Positions 44,005 to 53,260 of a stretch of DNA of 64,000 bases are shown here, piece by piece. This DNA comes from Vicinamibacterales bacterium. GTDB taxonomy: Bacteria; Acidobacteriota; Vicinamibacteria; Vicinamibacterales; UBA2999. The translations under genes and the position numbers were made by a program. Within the stretch, counting starts at the first letter, position 1, and each line of letters opens with the position of its first letter. The stretch lies in NCBI GenBank assembly GCA_036802945.1, contig DAIRVG010000001.1:97166-161165 (forward strand), in the 5' to 3' direction. The notes beneath the pieces were generated by a model. That model did not search any database. It was not told where the DNA came from and worked only from the letters and a program-made list of their open reading frames with translations.

Positions 44005-45960
44005 ATGGGTGATTTACAGACAGACCAAGGCGAAAGTCTAGACCTTCGCTACGTGCCCGTGTCGGAGTTCACACGGGTCGTGGGTGCCAAGGCTGATGCG
44101 GCCGCGCGTGCGGAGGCATTCGCGGCGCTCGCGCGGATCAATACGCTGTACATGATCGCAGGCGCATGGTCGGGTCACATCGGGACGAGTTTCAGCTCGA
44201 TCGAGATCATGAGCTGGCTGTTTCTCAACGAATTGCGCGACCTCGGAAAGGGGCCCGACGACTGCGATGTCTTCTTTTCATCAAAAGGTCACGACGCGCC
44301 GGCCCTCTATGCGGTCCTGATCGGCCTCGGCCTGCTTCCTGCCGATAAGCTCCATCAGCTTCGGCGGCTTGGCGGACTTCCCGGACATCCGCACGTCGAG
44401 ACGCCGTACATCCAGGCGAACACCGGGTCGCTCGGCATGGGAATCTCGAAGGCGAAGGGGATGGCGCTGGCGAACCGTCTGGCCGGCAGGCCGCGCCGCA
44501 TTTTCGTGCTGACGGGCGATGGTGAGCTGCAGGAGGGGCAGTTCTGGGAGTCGCTCGGCTCCGCGGCGAACATGGGGCTCGGTGAGATCGTCGCGATTAT
44601 CGACCACAACAAGATCCAGTCGGACACGTGGGTCAGGAAAGTCAGTGACCTCGGCGACATCCAGGCCAAGCTGAGCGCCTTCGGCTGGCACGTGAGCCGC
44701 TGCGACGGCCACGACGTGCGCGCGCTCGAGCGCACGTTCCGCGCGCTTGACGCCGTTACGGATCGCCCGAAAGTCATCATCGCGGACACGGTAAAAGGTC
44801 GAGGTGTCTCGTTCATGGAAGGTCCCGCCGCGCTGAAGGCGAGCGATCTGTACCTGTTCCACTCAGGCGCGCCGCCCGAACAGCAGTACCTCGATGGCTT
44901 CCAGCAACTGCTGGCGATCGCCGAGCGCGCGTGTGCTGGTCTCGGGCTCGGTTCGCTGAAGACAGAAACGCGAACGCGCAATCCGCGCCGCGAGCCGCGT
45001 GACACGCAGAACCTCGTGGCGGCGTACGGGAAGGCGCTCGTGCAGCAGGCCGATCGCCATCCCCGGCTGGTCGTGCTCGACGCGGACCTGATCAAGGATT
45101 GCGGTCTGCTCGAGTTCGCCGCGAAGTATCCGCAGCGCTTCATCGAATGCGGGATTGCGGAACAGGACATGGCGTCGATGGCGTGCGGCATGGCGCGCCG
45201 CGGTGTGCTTCCAGTCGCGCATTCGTTCGCGTGCTTCCTCTCTACGCGGCCGAACGAGCAGATCTACAACCAGTGCAGCGAGGGGTCGAAGGCGATCTAC
45301 GTCGGGTCGCTTGCAGGCGTCCTGCCTGGCGGCCCCGGCCACTCGCACCAGTCAGTCCGCGACATCAGCGCGCTGAGCGCTGTGCCGAACCTGCTGATGG
45401 CTGAACCCGCGGCGGAAGCCGAGGTGCAGGCGGTGTTCGAGTACCTCGTGAACGACGCGACGGAGAGCGCCTACCTGCGACTCGTGTCGGTGAAATGGCC
45501 GCTGCCGTTCTCGTACCCGTCGAGCGTTCGCGTCGAGCCCGGCAAGGGATGGATCGTCCGCCCGGGAAACGACGCCGTGGTCTTCGGGTACGGACCGTGG
45601 ATGTTGTCCAACGCCTGGCACGCTGCCGAAGAGATTGAGCAGACGACCGGCTCTCGGCTGCGCATCGTCAACCTGCCGTGGCTCAATCGAGTGGATGCTG
45701 CGTGGCTGAAGGAAACGATCGGCCCTTGCCGCGCGATCATCACGCTCGATAACCACTACCTCCACGGCGGGCAGGGGGAGATGCTCGGCGCGGCGGTCGC
45801 GGAGCTCGGCCTCGATCCGGCGGCGCGCGTCTCGCGCATCGGCGTCACCGAGCTGCCCGAGTGCGGCACCAACGACGAAGTGCTCGCATATCACGGGCTC
45901 GACATCGCCGGGCTCGTCCGGCAGTTCAGCGCCGCCATGCGGCAGCACACTTTTCAATGA
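44005..45960 (+). CDS. Transketolase-family ThDP enzyme, N- and C-terminal halves fused in one chain
   Basis: SGHIGTSFSSIEI, VLTGDGELQEGQFWES, IIDHNKIQ and a C-terminal FIECGIAEQDMASMACGMA. Confidence 0.85.
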   Translation: MGDLQTDQGESLDLRYVPVSEFTRVVGAKADAAARAEAFAALARINTLYMIAGAWSGHIGTSFSSIEIMSWLFLNELRDLGKGPDDCDVFFSSKGHDAPALYAVLIGLGLLPADKLHQLRRLGGLPGHPHVETPYIQANTGSLGMGISKAKGMALANRLAGRPRRIFVLTGDGELQEGQFWESLGSAANMGLGEIVAIIDHNKIQSDTWVRKVSDLGDIQAKLSAFGWHVSRCDGHDVRALERTFRALDAVTDRPKVIIADTVKGRGVSFMEGPAALKASDLYLFHSGAPPEQQYLDGFQQLLAIAERACAGLGLGSLKTETRTRNPRREPRDTQNLVAAYGKALVQQADRHPRLVVLDADLIKDCGLLEFAAKYPQRFIECGIAEQDMASMACGMARRGVLPVAHSFACFLSTRPNEQIYNQCSEGSKAIYVGSLAGVLPGGPGHSHQSVRDISALSAVPNLLMAEPAAEAEVQAVFEYLVNDATESAYLRLVSVKWPLPFSYPSSVRVEPGKGWIVRPGNDAVVFGYGPWMLSNAWHAAEEIEQTTGSRLRIVNLPWLNRVDAAWLKETIGPCRAIITLDNHYLHGGQGEMLGAAVAELGLDPAARVSRIGVTELPECGTNDEVLAYHGLDIAGLVRQFSAAMRQHTFQ

Positions 45961-46682
45961 CTATTCTGTTTTGGGATATCGACGGGACACTGCTCACGAC
46001 CGGCAAGGCCGGTGTGCCCGCCTGGGAAGGGGCCGTTCGCGAGACAACGGGGAAGGAATTCCAGTTGTCGTCGATTCGCGTGCCCGGGCTGACGGACTAC
46101 CAGATCGCGGCGCGAACCTTCGAGTTGCTGGGCGTCCCCACGACCGGCGACGTGCTCAAGCGGATGGTGACACGCTATGAGGAGCTGCTGCCCTCGACGC
46201 TTCCCTTGAAGCAAGGGCACGTGCTGCCCAATGTGCGCGAGATTCTCGAGGCGCTGCGCGCGAGGACGGACATCCGTTCGTACTTGTTGACCGGCAACAC
46301 GCGCGCGGGCGCGCGGGCAAAGCTGACACACTACGACCTGTTGAAATACTTTCCCGACGGAGGGTTCGCCGAGGATCAGGGAAACCGGTCGACGATCGCG
46401 AAGCGCGCGCTGGAACTGGCGCGCCGCAGCGGTCCGGTGACGGCCGATCGGATCTTCGTGATTGGCGATACGCCGCACGACATCGAGTGCGCGGCGCCGA
46501 TCAACGCCCGCACGATCGCGGTTGCCACGGGCGGCTTCACCGTCGAAGAGTTGTCGGCATATCACCCCTGGCGCGTATTCGCCGAACTGCCGCCGCCGTC
46601 TGAGTTCCTGCGGCTCATCGAAGAGCCCGCTCAAGCCGGCCCCCATGTACCGTCGATGCCCGCTGATCCCGTCCGCGCATGA
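45957..46682 (+). CDS. HAD-superfamily phosphatase (capped, HAD-IA-like)
   Basis: LFWDIDGTLL (DxDxT), LLTGN and VIGDTPHDI. The ATG overlaps the upstream TGA. Confidence 0.8.
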   Translation: MTILFWDIDGTLLTTGKAGVPAWEGAVRETTGKEFQLSSIRVPGLTDYQIAARTFELLGVPTTGDVLKRMVTRYEELLPSTLPLKQGHVLPNVREILEALRARTDIRSYLLTGNTRAGARAKLTHYDLLKYFPDGGFAEDQGNRSTIAKRALELARRSGPVTADRIFVIGDTPHDIECAAPINARTIAVATGGFTVEELSAYHPWRVFAELPPPSEFLRLIEEPAQAGPHVPSMPADPVRA

Positions 46683-48415
46683 GGCACTTCATCCGGCACT
46701 TCCCGGCGCTCTGGCGGGCGAGCCGGCTTGCGCGCCGGTGGTATTACGCCCGGCGGAACGCCTACCCGGACTGGCGGCAGGCATTGGCTGCGGATCGGGG
46801 TTTGTGGGACTCGGCCCGCAACGCGGCACAGGGCGGGCCGCGGGTGCTGATGGCAACCGCGATTGGGTCATATGCGCATGCTGTGACGCTCGAGAGCGCG
46901 CTTGCGGCCGCGTTGACGTTCCGTGGCGCGGAAGTGCACGCGCTGCTGTGCGACGGCACCATGACCGCCTGCGCCGAATGCGAGGCGTCGCTGTATCCGA
47001 ATCTTCGCCATTTCGTTGATCACGGCCCTTCGCGCGATCTATGCCGCGACTGCCGGTGGCCCGCCGAGCGTGTCTATCAGCAGCTCGGGCTGAAGGTGCA
47101 CCTCATGGGCGACTCGTTGACGCCCGCCGATCGTGCCGAGGCAAGCCGCATCGCATCGTCATTGCCGCTGGATCAGATCGAAGACTTCGTCCTGGACGGA
47201 CTGGCGATCGGCGAGCATGCGCACGCCGGTGCACTGCGATTTTTTGCGACCGGTTCATTGGACCAAGAGCCCCACGCGGAACCGATCCTGCGCCGCTACC
47301 TGGAATCGGCGTTGCTGACGGCGTCTGCCACGCGTCGCCTGATGCGCGAGGTGCAATTCTCGTCGGCGGTCTTCACGCACGGCATCTACGTGCCGTGGGG
47401 AATTGTCGGCGAGGTTGCGCGCCACGAGGGCGTGCGCGTGTCCAACTGGAACGTTGCCTACCGCAAGCGGCGGTTCATCTTCAGCCACGGCCACACCTAC
47501 CATCACACGCTCCTGAGCGAGCCGCGCGAACACTGGGAACATCTCGACCTCTCGGCGTCACGGGAGCGCGAGCTGATGCAGTACCTCGCGAGCCGTCGCG
47601 AGGGGATGTTCGACTGGATCGTCTTCCATCGCCCTACGAAGCAGGACCCGCAAGAGATCGCCAGGAAGATCGGCCTCGACCCGTCGAAGCCCGCCATCGG
47701 CCTGCTCACCAACGTTGCGTGGGACGCGCAGCTTCACTATCCGGCCAACGCGTTCCCCAACATGCTCGAGTGGCTCGTGCAGACGTGCGAGTACTTCGCC
47801 ACGCGGCCGGATTTGCAGCTGCTGATCCGGGTCCACCCCGCGGAAATCAGCGGCTTCCCGCCGTCGCGCCAGCCGATCCTCGCCGAGCTTCGCAAGCGCC
47901 TCCCGCGCCTCGCGTCCAACATCATCGTCGTCCCCCCCGAAAGCGGCCTCGGCACATATGCGCTGATGTCGCTCTGTAACTCTGCCATCATCTACGGCAC
48001 CAAGATGGGCGTAGAGCTGACGAGCGTCGGGCTGCCAGTGATCGTCGCCGGCGAAGCGTGGATCCGCAACAAGGGGATCACGCTGGATGCGAGCACGCCT
48101 GACGAGTATTTCCGGCTGCTCTCGCTGCTGCCGTTCGCCGAACGCCTCTCACCGCCGCAGCTCTCGCGAGCGAGGCGCTATGCGTACCACTTCTTCTTCA
48201 ATCGCATGATCCCGCTGCCGTTCATCGAGCCCAAAGCGGGCTATCCGATCTACCGGCTGAAGCTCGAGCGGCTGCAGCAGTTACTGCCTGGCGCCTCACA
48301 CGGCCTGGATACGATCTGCGACGGCATCCTTGCACAAGGGCCCTTCGTTCTGCGCGACAAGGCCAGCAGGACCCCGGCCATCATCGCGGCGCCAGAACCG
48401 TCCGCGGTTCAGTGA
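46679..48415 (+). CDS. Capsule-synthesis (KpsC/KpsS)-like GT-B transferase candidate with an N-terminal Cys cluster
   Basis: LLIRVHPAE, AIIYGTKMGVELTSVGLPVIVAG and the Cys cluster CDGTMTACAECE...CRDCRW. The ATG overlaps the upstream TGA. Confidence 0.55.
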   Translation: MRHFIRHFPALWRASRLARRWYYARRNAYPDWRQALAADRGLWDSARNAAQGGPRVLMATAIGSYAHAVTLESALAAALTFRGAEVHALLCDGTMTACAECEASLYPNLRHFVDHGPSRDLCRDCRWPAERVYQQLGLKVHLMGDSLTPADRAEASRIASSLPLDQIEDFVLDGLAIGEHAHAGALRFFATGSLDQEPHAEPILRRYLESALLTASATRRLMREVQFSSAVFTHGIYVPWGIVGEVARHEGVRVSNWNVAYRKRRFIFSHGHTYHHTLLSEPREHWEHLDLSASRERELMQYLASRREGMFDWIVFHRPTKQDPQEIARKIGLDPSKPAIGLLTNVAWDAQLHYPANAFPNMLEWLVQTCEYFATRPDLQLLIRVHPAEISGFPPSRQPILAELRKRLPRLASNIIVVPPESGLGTYALMSLCNSAIIYGTKMGVELTSVGLPVIVAGEAWIRNKGITLDASTPDEYFRLLSLLPFAERLSPPQLSRARRYAYHFFFNRMIPLPFIEPKAGYPIYRLKLERLQQLLPGASHGLDTICDGILAQGPFVLRDKASRTPAIIAAPEPSAVQ

Positions 48416-50199
48416 TTTACTCTTCCCTCGCATTTCTGATGTCGATGCTGGCGTGCGTGGCGCTGTGCGCGCTCGTCCGCCGGACGGCACCGGCGATCGG
48501 CGCGGTCGTGCCGCCTCGCGCCGATCGCTGGCACAGCGAGCCGACGCCGACGATGGGGGGTGTCGCGATCGCGGCTGCGGCGGTGCTGGGGTCCGGAGTC
48601 ATCGTCGGCCAGGCGCACGCGGTGATTCCTCCCGCCGCGTGGCTGCCGATCCCGCTCGCCGCGATCGCGATGTTCGTCGTCGGCGTCCTCGACGATCGGT
48701 TCCAGCTGTCGCCGCTCGCCAAGCTCGTCGCGTCGCTCATCATCGGCGCCTTTCTGGTGTTTTCGCTGACGAGAAGTCCCGGCACGGCGCTGCCATGGAC
48801 CCATACGCTGGTCGCGACGATCTGGTTTGCCGGTGTGTGCCACGCCTTCAACCTGCTCGACAACATGGATGGTCTCGCCGCCGGCGTGGCGTTGATTGCG
48901 GCGGGATTCATGGCATGGCTGCTCGCCCCGTGGCTCGGCGCGCCTATCGCGCTGTTGCTCGTCGCCTTGTGCGGGGCGCTGCTTGGGTTTCTGTACTGGA
49001 ACCGTCCACCCGCGCGGCTCTTCATGGGCGACTGTGGGAGCCTCTTTGTCGGGGCTGTACTTGCCGGCGCATCGCTGATGCCGGTGCTGCAGGAGCGTAC
49101 CGTGTTTCCGTGGACGTCCGTGCTGGTGGTGCTGATTCTCGTGGTCCCGCTGTTCGATACCGGTTTCGTGCTCGTCCTTCGGAGGTTCGCGGGCCGAAGC
49201 GCCACGCGAGGCGGCACGGACCACGTGTCGCACCGCCTCGTGTCGCTTGGCTTCTCCGAGCGGAGCGCGGTGCGGATCCTGTATCTCCTCGCCATCATCG
49301 GCGGATGCGTGGCGTGGGCGCTGGTCAACGGCGGCATCGAGCAGATGTTTCCGCTGGCCGCGCTTCTGGCTGTTGTGGTCACGCTCATTGGCATCTACCT
49401 CGCGCGTGTACCCGCGTACAACGCGCAGGATTTCACCGCGCTCGAGAGCTCGTCGTTTGCTCCGCTGCTCAAAGACCTGACGTTCCGCTGGCACGCCGGC
49501 GAAGTGATGCTCGATCTGGTGCTGATCGCGGCGTGCTACTACTTTGCGTACCGCTTGCGGTTCGAAGGCGAGAGTCTCGATCACTTCCTGCCATACTTCA
49601 CGGCGTCGCTTCCGGTTGTGCTCGGCTGCAAGCTCGCTTCGCTGTACGGCTCCGGGCTGTATCAGCGGTCGTGGGAAACGTTCGGTCTTCGTGACGTCAG
49701 CGTCGTCCTTCGCGGTGTGGTGATGGGTTCCCTCTTGTCGGTGCTGGCGGCAGCATACTTCTACCGGCTCGAGGGTTTCTCACGCGTGGTGTTCATGCTG
49801 GATGCATTGCTGCTCACGGTAGCGATCATCGGCACGCGGGCATCGTTTCGGAGCATGAGCCTCATCGCCGCGTCGCGCAGCAAGCGGAGCCGCCGCGTGC
49901 TCGTGTATGGCGCCGGGGCGTACGGCCAGATGATCGTGCGCGAGATGCGGGCCAACCCCCAATGGCACATGAACCCCGTTGCGTTCATCGACGACGACCC
50001 GATGAAAGCGCACCGCTGGATCCTGGGTGTGCCCGTCCGCGGCACCCTGGAGCAGCTGGACACGACGATGCGCCGCTACTCTGTGGACGAAGTCATCCTC
50101 AGCAGCCCGCTGATCAACGGTCAGATTGAACACCGGATTCGCGAGGTGTGCACCGATCTCGATCGTCCCGTGCGGCGGCTGCACATGAGCATCCAGTAA
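48412..50199 (+). CDS. WecA/MraY-family polyprenyl-phosphate N-acetylhexosamine-1-phosphate transferase fused to a C-terminal 4-TM + Rossmann-like module
   Basis: DDRFQLSPLAKL and NLLDNMDGLAAG. The C-terminal RVLVYGAGAYGQMIVREM...VAFIDDDP...VDEVILS resembles the N-terminal module of WbaP/PglF-type proteins. Confidence 0.8.
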   Translation: MIYSSLAFLMSMLACVALCALVRRTAPAIGAVVPPRADRWHSEPTPTMGGVAIAAAAVLGSGVIVGQAHAVIPPAAWLPIPLAAIAMFVVGVLDDRFQLSPLAKLVASLIIGAFLVFSLTRSPGTALPWTHTLVATIWFAGVCHAFNLLDNMDGLAAGVALIAAGFMAWLLAPWLGAPIALLLVALCGALLGFLYWNRPPARLFMGDCGSLFVGAVLAGASLMPVLQERTVFPWTSVLVVLILVVPLFDTGFVLVLRRFAGRSATRGGTDHVSHRLVSLGFSERSAVRILYLLAIIGGCVAWALVNGGIEQMFPLAALLAVVVTLIGIYLARVPAYNAQDFTALESSSFAPLLKDLTFRWHAGEVMLDLVLIAACYYFAYRLRFEGESLDHFLPYFTASLPVVLGCKLASLYGSGLYQRSWETFGLRDVSVVLRGVVMGSLLSVLAAAYFYRLEGFSRVVFMLDALLLTVAIIGTRASFRSMSLIAASRSKRSRRVLVYGAGAYGQMIVREMRANPQWHMNPVAFIDDDPMKAHRWILGVPVRGTLEQLDTTMRRYSVDEVILSSPLINGQIEHRIREVCTDLDRPVRRLHMSIQ

Positions 50200-50275
50200 T
50201 GCAAAATGCAAAAGTCAAAATGCAAACGCTGACGCCGCAAACGCATTCTGTTTGCATTTTGCATTTTGCATTTTG
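50200..50275. repeat. Intergenic hairpin with 4+4 TGCAAAA heptamer arms
   Basis: TGCAAAA TGCAAAA GTCAAAA TGCAAAC, a 22-nt loop, then GTTTGCA TTTTGCA TTTTGCA TTTTG. Confidence 0.9.
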
Positions 50276-51397
50276 AGTTACACGAGCACGCTCCGCATCG
50301 GATTCGACGGTCACGGCTTCAGCTCCCCCGCCGCCGGCATCCGCCGCTATTCGATCGAGCTGGTTCGCGCGCTCCGGTCGCTCGGAGAGCCGATCGAGAT
50401 CATCGCGCTCGGGGGCAGGCGGGAGTGCATTCCCGCCGGCATCGAGCGCGTGTCCGAGTCGGCCCATCCCCGCAGTAACGCCGGCTGGGCGCTGGTCGGG
50501 CTGCCGCGCACCGCGTCGCGCGCACGCGTCGATCTCATTCACGCCCCCGCCTACACCGCCCCTTTCTGGGCCGGCGTTCCCGTCGTGCTCACGATCCACG
50601 ACGTCAGCTACGAAATTCATCCGGAGTGGTATCCGTACCGGCGCGACTGGCTGCGGCGGTACTTTTACCGGCGCAGCGCAACCGCCGCGGCGCGCGTGTT
50701 GACCGTCTCGGCGTTTTCCGCGTCGGAGATTGCGTCCGCGTATGGCGTCGAGCGATCGCGGATCACGGTCACCCCGCTCGGGGTACACGCGACGTTCGGG
50801 GCGGGAGACCCGAACCTGGCGCCGGACCTGCCGGCAAATGTGACGACGCCGTTTCTCCTGCACGTCGGCGACCTGCACCAGCGGCGCAACTTGCCGATGC
50901 TCGTCGATGCGATGCTGGCCGCGCGCCGTCATTTCGGCGCAGTTGCCGCGCTGTCGCTCGTGGTGGCTGGCGTCGACCGGGGCGTCAGCGACGGCTTGTG
51001 CGCGATGGCTGCGGAGGCAGGGGCGCCCGACGCGGTTGTCGTGCTTGGCGTAGTCGACGAGGACCGGCTCCGCGCGCTCTACCGCGGCGCCATGGCGTTG
51101 GTGTACCCGTCCTTGTACGAAGGATTTGGGTTGCCGCTGATCGAAGCGATGGCCAGCGGCACGCCGGTGCTGGCCTCGCACGAAGCGTCGATCCCTGAGG
51201 TGCTCGGCGGCGCCGGCTTGCTGCTCGACCCTCATGATGTATCCGCATGGCGGGACGCGATCATCCGCGTGGTTAACGACGAGTCGCTGCGTGACGACCT
51301 GCGCGCGCGCGGGCTCGCGCGCGCGGCTACCTTCACGTGGCAGCGCACGGCGCGGCTGACGCTTGAGGTCTATCGAGAGGCGATCCGTGCAGCCTGA
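50273..51397 (+). CDS. GT4-family (GT-B) glycosyltransferase
   Basis: LRIGFDG and [18 protein letters not shown] (EX7E). The start is uncertain. TTG 50273 is used because 50252 lies within the hairpin arm. Confidence 0.75.
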   Translation: MSYTSTLRIGFDGHGFSSPAAGIRRYSIELVRALRSLGEPIEIIALGGRRECIPAGIERVSESAHPRSNAGWALVGLPRTASRARVDLIHAPAYTAPFWAGVPVVLTIHDVSYEIHPEWYPYRRDWLRRYFYRRSATAAARVLTVSAFSASEIASAYGVERSRITVTPLGVHATFGAGDPNLAPDLPANVTTPFLLHVGDLHQRRNLPMLVDAMLAARRHFGAVAALSLVVAGVDRGVSDGLCAMAAEAGAPDAVVVLGVVDEDRLRALYRGAMALVYPSLYEGFGLPLIEAMASGTPVLASHEASIPEVLGGAGLLLDPHDVSAWRDAIIRVVNDESLRDDLRARGLARAATFTWQRTARLTLEVYREAIRAA

Positions 51398-52388
51398 CGT
51401 CTCTATTGTGATCGTGTCGTGGAACGGGCGGCAACACCTCGAGCCGTGCCTCGCGGGCGTGGCGGCTCAGACCGGCGTGGCGAGCGAAACGATCCTCGTT
51501 GACAACGGTTCTTCCGATGGCACGGGGGAGTTCGTGCGCGAGCGATTTCCATGGGTCAGGCTCGTGCAGCTTCCGGAGAACCTGGGCTTCGCCGGGGGGA
51601 ACAATGCGGGCGTCCGGCATGCTCGCGGGCGCTACGTCGCGCTGCTCAACAACGACACCTCGGCGGATCCCGGATGGCTGCGCGCGTTGCTCAGCGGCGT
51701 CGACGAGGGCGCCGGCTACGTGCTCACGACGTCGCGCATCGTCTACATGCACGACCCCGAGGTGATCGACAGCGCGGGCGACGGCCTTCTGCGGTGGGGT
51801 GGCGCGTTCAAGCGGCACCATGGTGAGTCCGCATCGGCCGCGGCCGTGACCGAAGAGGTCTTCGGCGTCTGCGGCGCCGCCTGCCTGATGCCGAAAGCGG
51901 TGTTCGACGAGCTTGGCGGCTTCGACGAAGAGTTCTTTGCGTCGCACGAGGACGTCGACCTCTCGTATCGCGCGAGGCTTCGCGGATACCGCTGTCGCTA
52001 TGTCGCCAACGCGGTCGTCCGCCACGTCGGCAGTGCGACGCTCGGCACCGTGAGTCCGTTCTCCGTGTTCCACGGACAGCGCAACCTGGAATGGGTGTAC
52101 GTGAAGGACACGCCGGCGAGTCTCCTGGTTCGGACGCTACCCGGCCACGTGGTCTATGACATCGCGGCGGCAGTGCATTTCGCGCGTATCGGCATGCTGC
52201 GTCCGTACATCCGCGCCAAGGCCGCGGCGTTTGCGGGGCTGCCGCGGATGCTCGGAAAGCGCGCCGCGATTCAGCGCGGCCGCCGCGTCGGCGCTGCCGC
52301 TATCGCTCCACTGCTCGATACGCGCTGGCTCTCCACGAAGTTGCGCGAGAAGCGCTTCGATGGGCGACTGGCGGCGGGGGCGCCATGA
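51387..52388 (+). CDS. GT2-family glycosyltransferase
   Basis: VSIVIVSWNG, LVDNGSSDGT, ENLGFAGGNN and LLNNDT. Confidence 0.85.
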   Translation: MQPDVSIVIVSWNGRQHLEPCLAGVAAQTGVASETILVDNGSSDGTGEFVRERFPWVRLVQLPENLGFAGGNNAGVRHARGRYVALLNNDTSADPGWLRALLSGVDEGAGYVLTTSRIVYMHDPEVIDSAGDGLLRWGGAFKRHHGESASAAAVTEEVFGVCGAACLMPKAVFDELGGFDEEFFASHEDVDLSYRARLRGYRCRYVANAVVRHVGSATLGTVSPFSVFHGQRNLEWVYVKDTPASLLVRTLPGHVVYDIAAAVHFARIGMLRPYIRAKAAAFAGLPRMLGKRAAIQRGRRVGAAAIAPLLDTRWLSTKLREKRFDGRLAAGAP

Positions 52389-53260
52389 ATCCCCCCGAGA
52401 TCGCGGCGATCCTCGTGAACTACAACGCCGGTGGCGAGCTCGCGCGGGCCCTTCGATCGATCGCCGATGAGATGGTCGGCCGTTCGTGGGAAGCGTTCGT
52501 CGTCGACAACGCCTCGAGTGATGGGAGCGGGGCATCGGTCGCCGACTATGCGCCGATGGTGAAGCTCGTGCAGAACACGGCAAATGTCGGCTTCTCGCGC
52601 GGCGTCAACCAGGGGCTTGCCGCATCGACGGCACCGCTCGTCCTCATCATGAATCCCGACTGCAGGCTGGTCGCGGGGGCGGTCGCTACGCTGCGTAGCG
52701 TCCTCGACGCGCGCCCGGACTGCGCGATCGTCGGACCGCGGATTCTCAACCCGGACGGATCGGTGCAGGGAAGCGCGCGTGGCGATCCCGACATGTTGAC
52801 CGGCCTTTTCGGGCGCACGGCGCTGCTGGGCAGGCTCGTGCCGTTCCTCCCGGTCGCGAAGCGCAACGTCGTCGCAGAAGAGGCCATCCGGAGCGGGGAA
52901 CAGAGCGTGGTGGTGGACTGGCTGTCTGGCGCGTGCATGCTCGCTCGTCGGACGGCGCTCGAACAGGTGGGCGGCTTCGACGAGCGGTTTTTCCTGTACT
53001 GGGAGGATGCGGACCTATGCCGGCGGTTGAGATTGCGCGGTCATCACGTGCGGTATGTGCCGCCCGCGACCGCCATCCATCGCGTAGGCCAGTCGAGCCG
53101 CACCGCGCGGACGTTCGCGATCCGCGCGTTCCACAGGAGTGCGTATCTGTACTACGCGACGCACGTGGCGCCGGCGCCGCTGAACCCGAAGCGCGCGCTC
53201 GCGCGCGCCATTCTGAATACGCGGTGCTGGCTTCAGGTGGTTACGGATGGATTCCGGTGA
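52385..53260 (+). CDS. GT2-family glycosyltransferase
   Basis: IAAILVNYNAG, VVDNASSDGS, ANVGFSRGVN and WEDADLCRR. The ATG overlaps the upstream TGA. Last gene of the plus-strand array. Confidence 0.85.
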   Translation: MNPPEIAAILVNYNAGGELARALRSIADEMVGRSWEAFVVDNASSDGSGASVADYAPMVKLVQNTANVGFSRGVNQGLAASTAPLVLIMNPDCRLVAGAVATLRSVLDARPDCAIVGPRILNPDGSVQGSARGDPDMLTGLFGRTALLGRLVPFLPVAKRNVVAEEAIRSGEQSVVVDWLSGACMLARRTALEQVGGFDERFFLYWEDADLCRRLRLRGHHVRYVPPATAIHRVGQSSRTARTFAIRAFHRSAYLYYATHVAPAPLNPKRALARAILNTRCWLQVVTDGFR

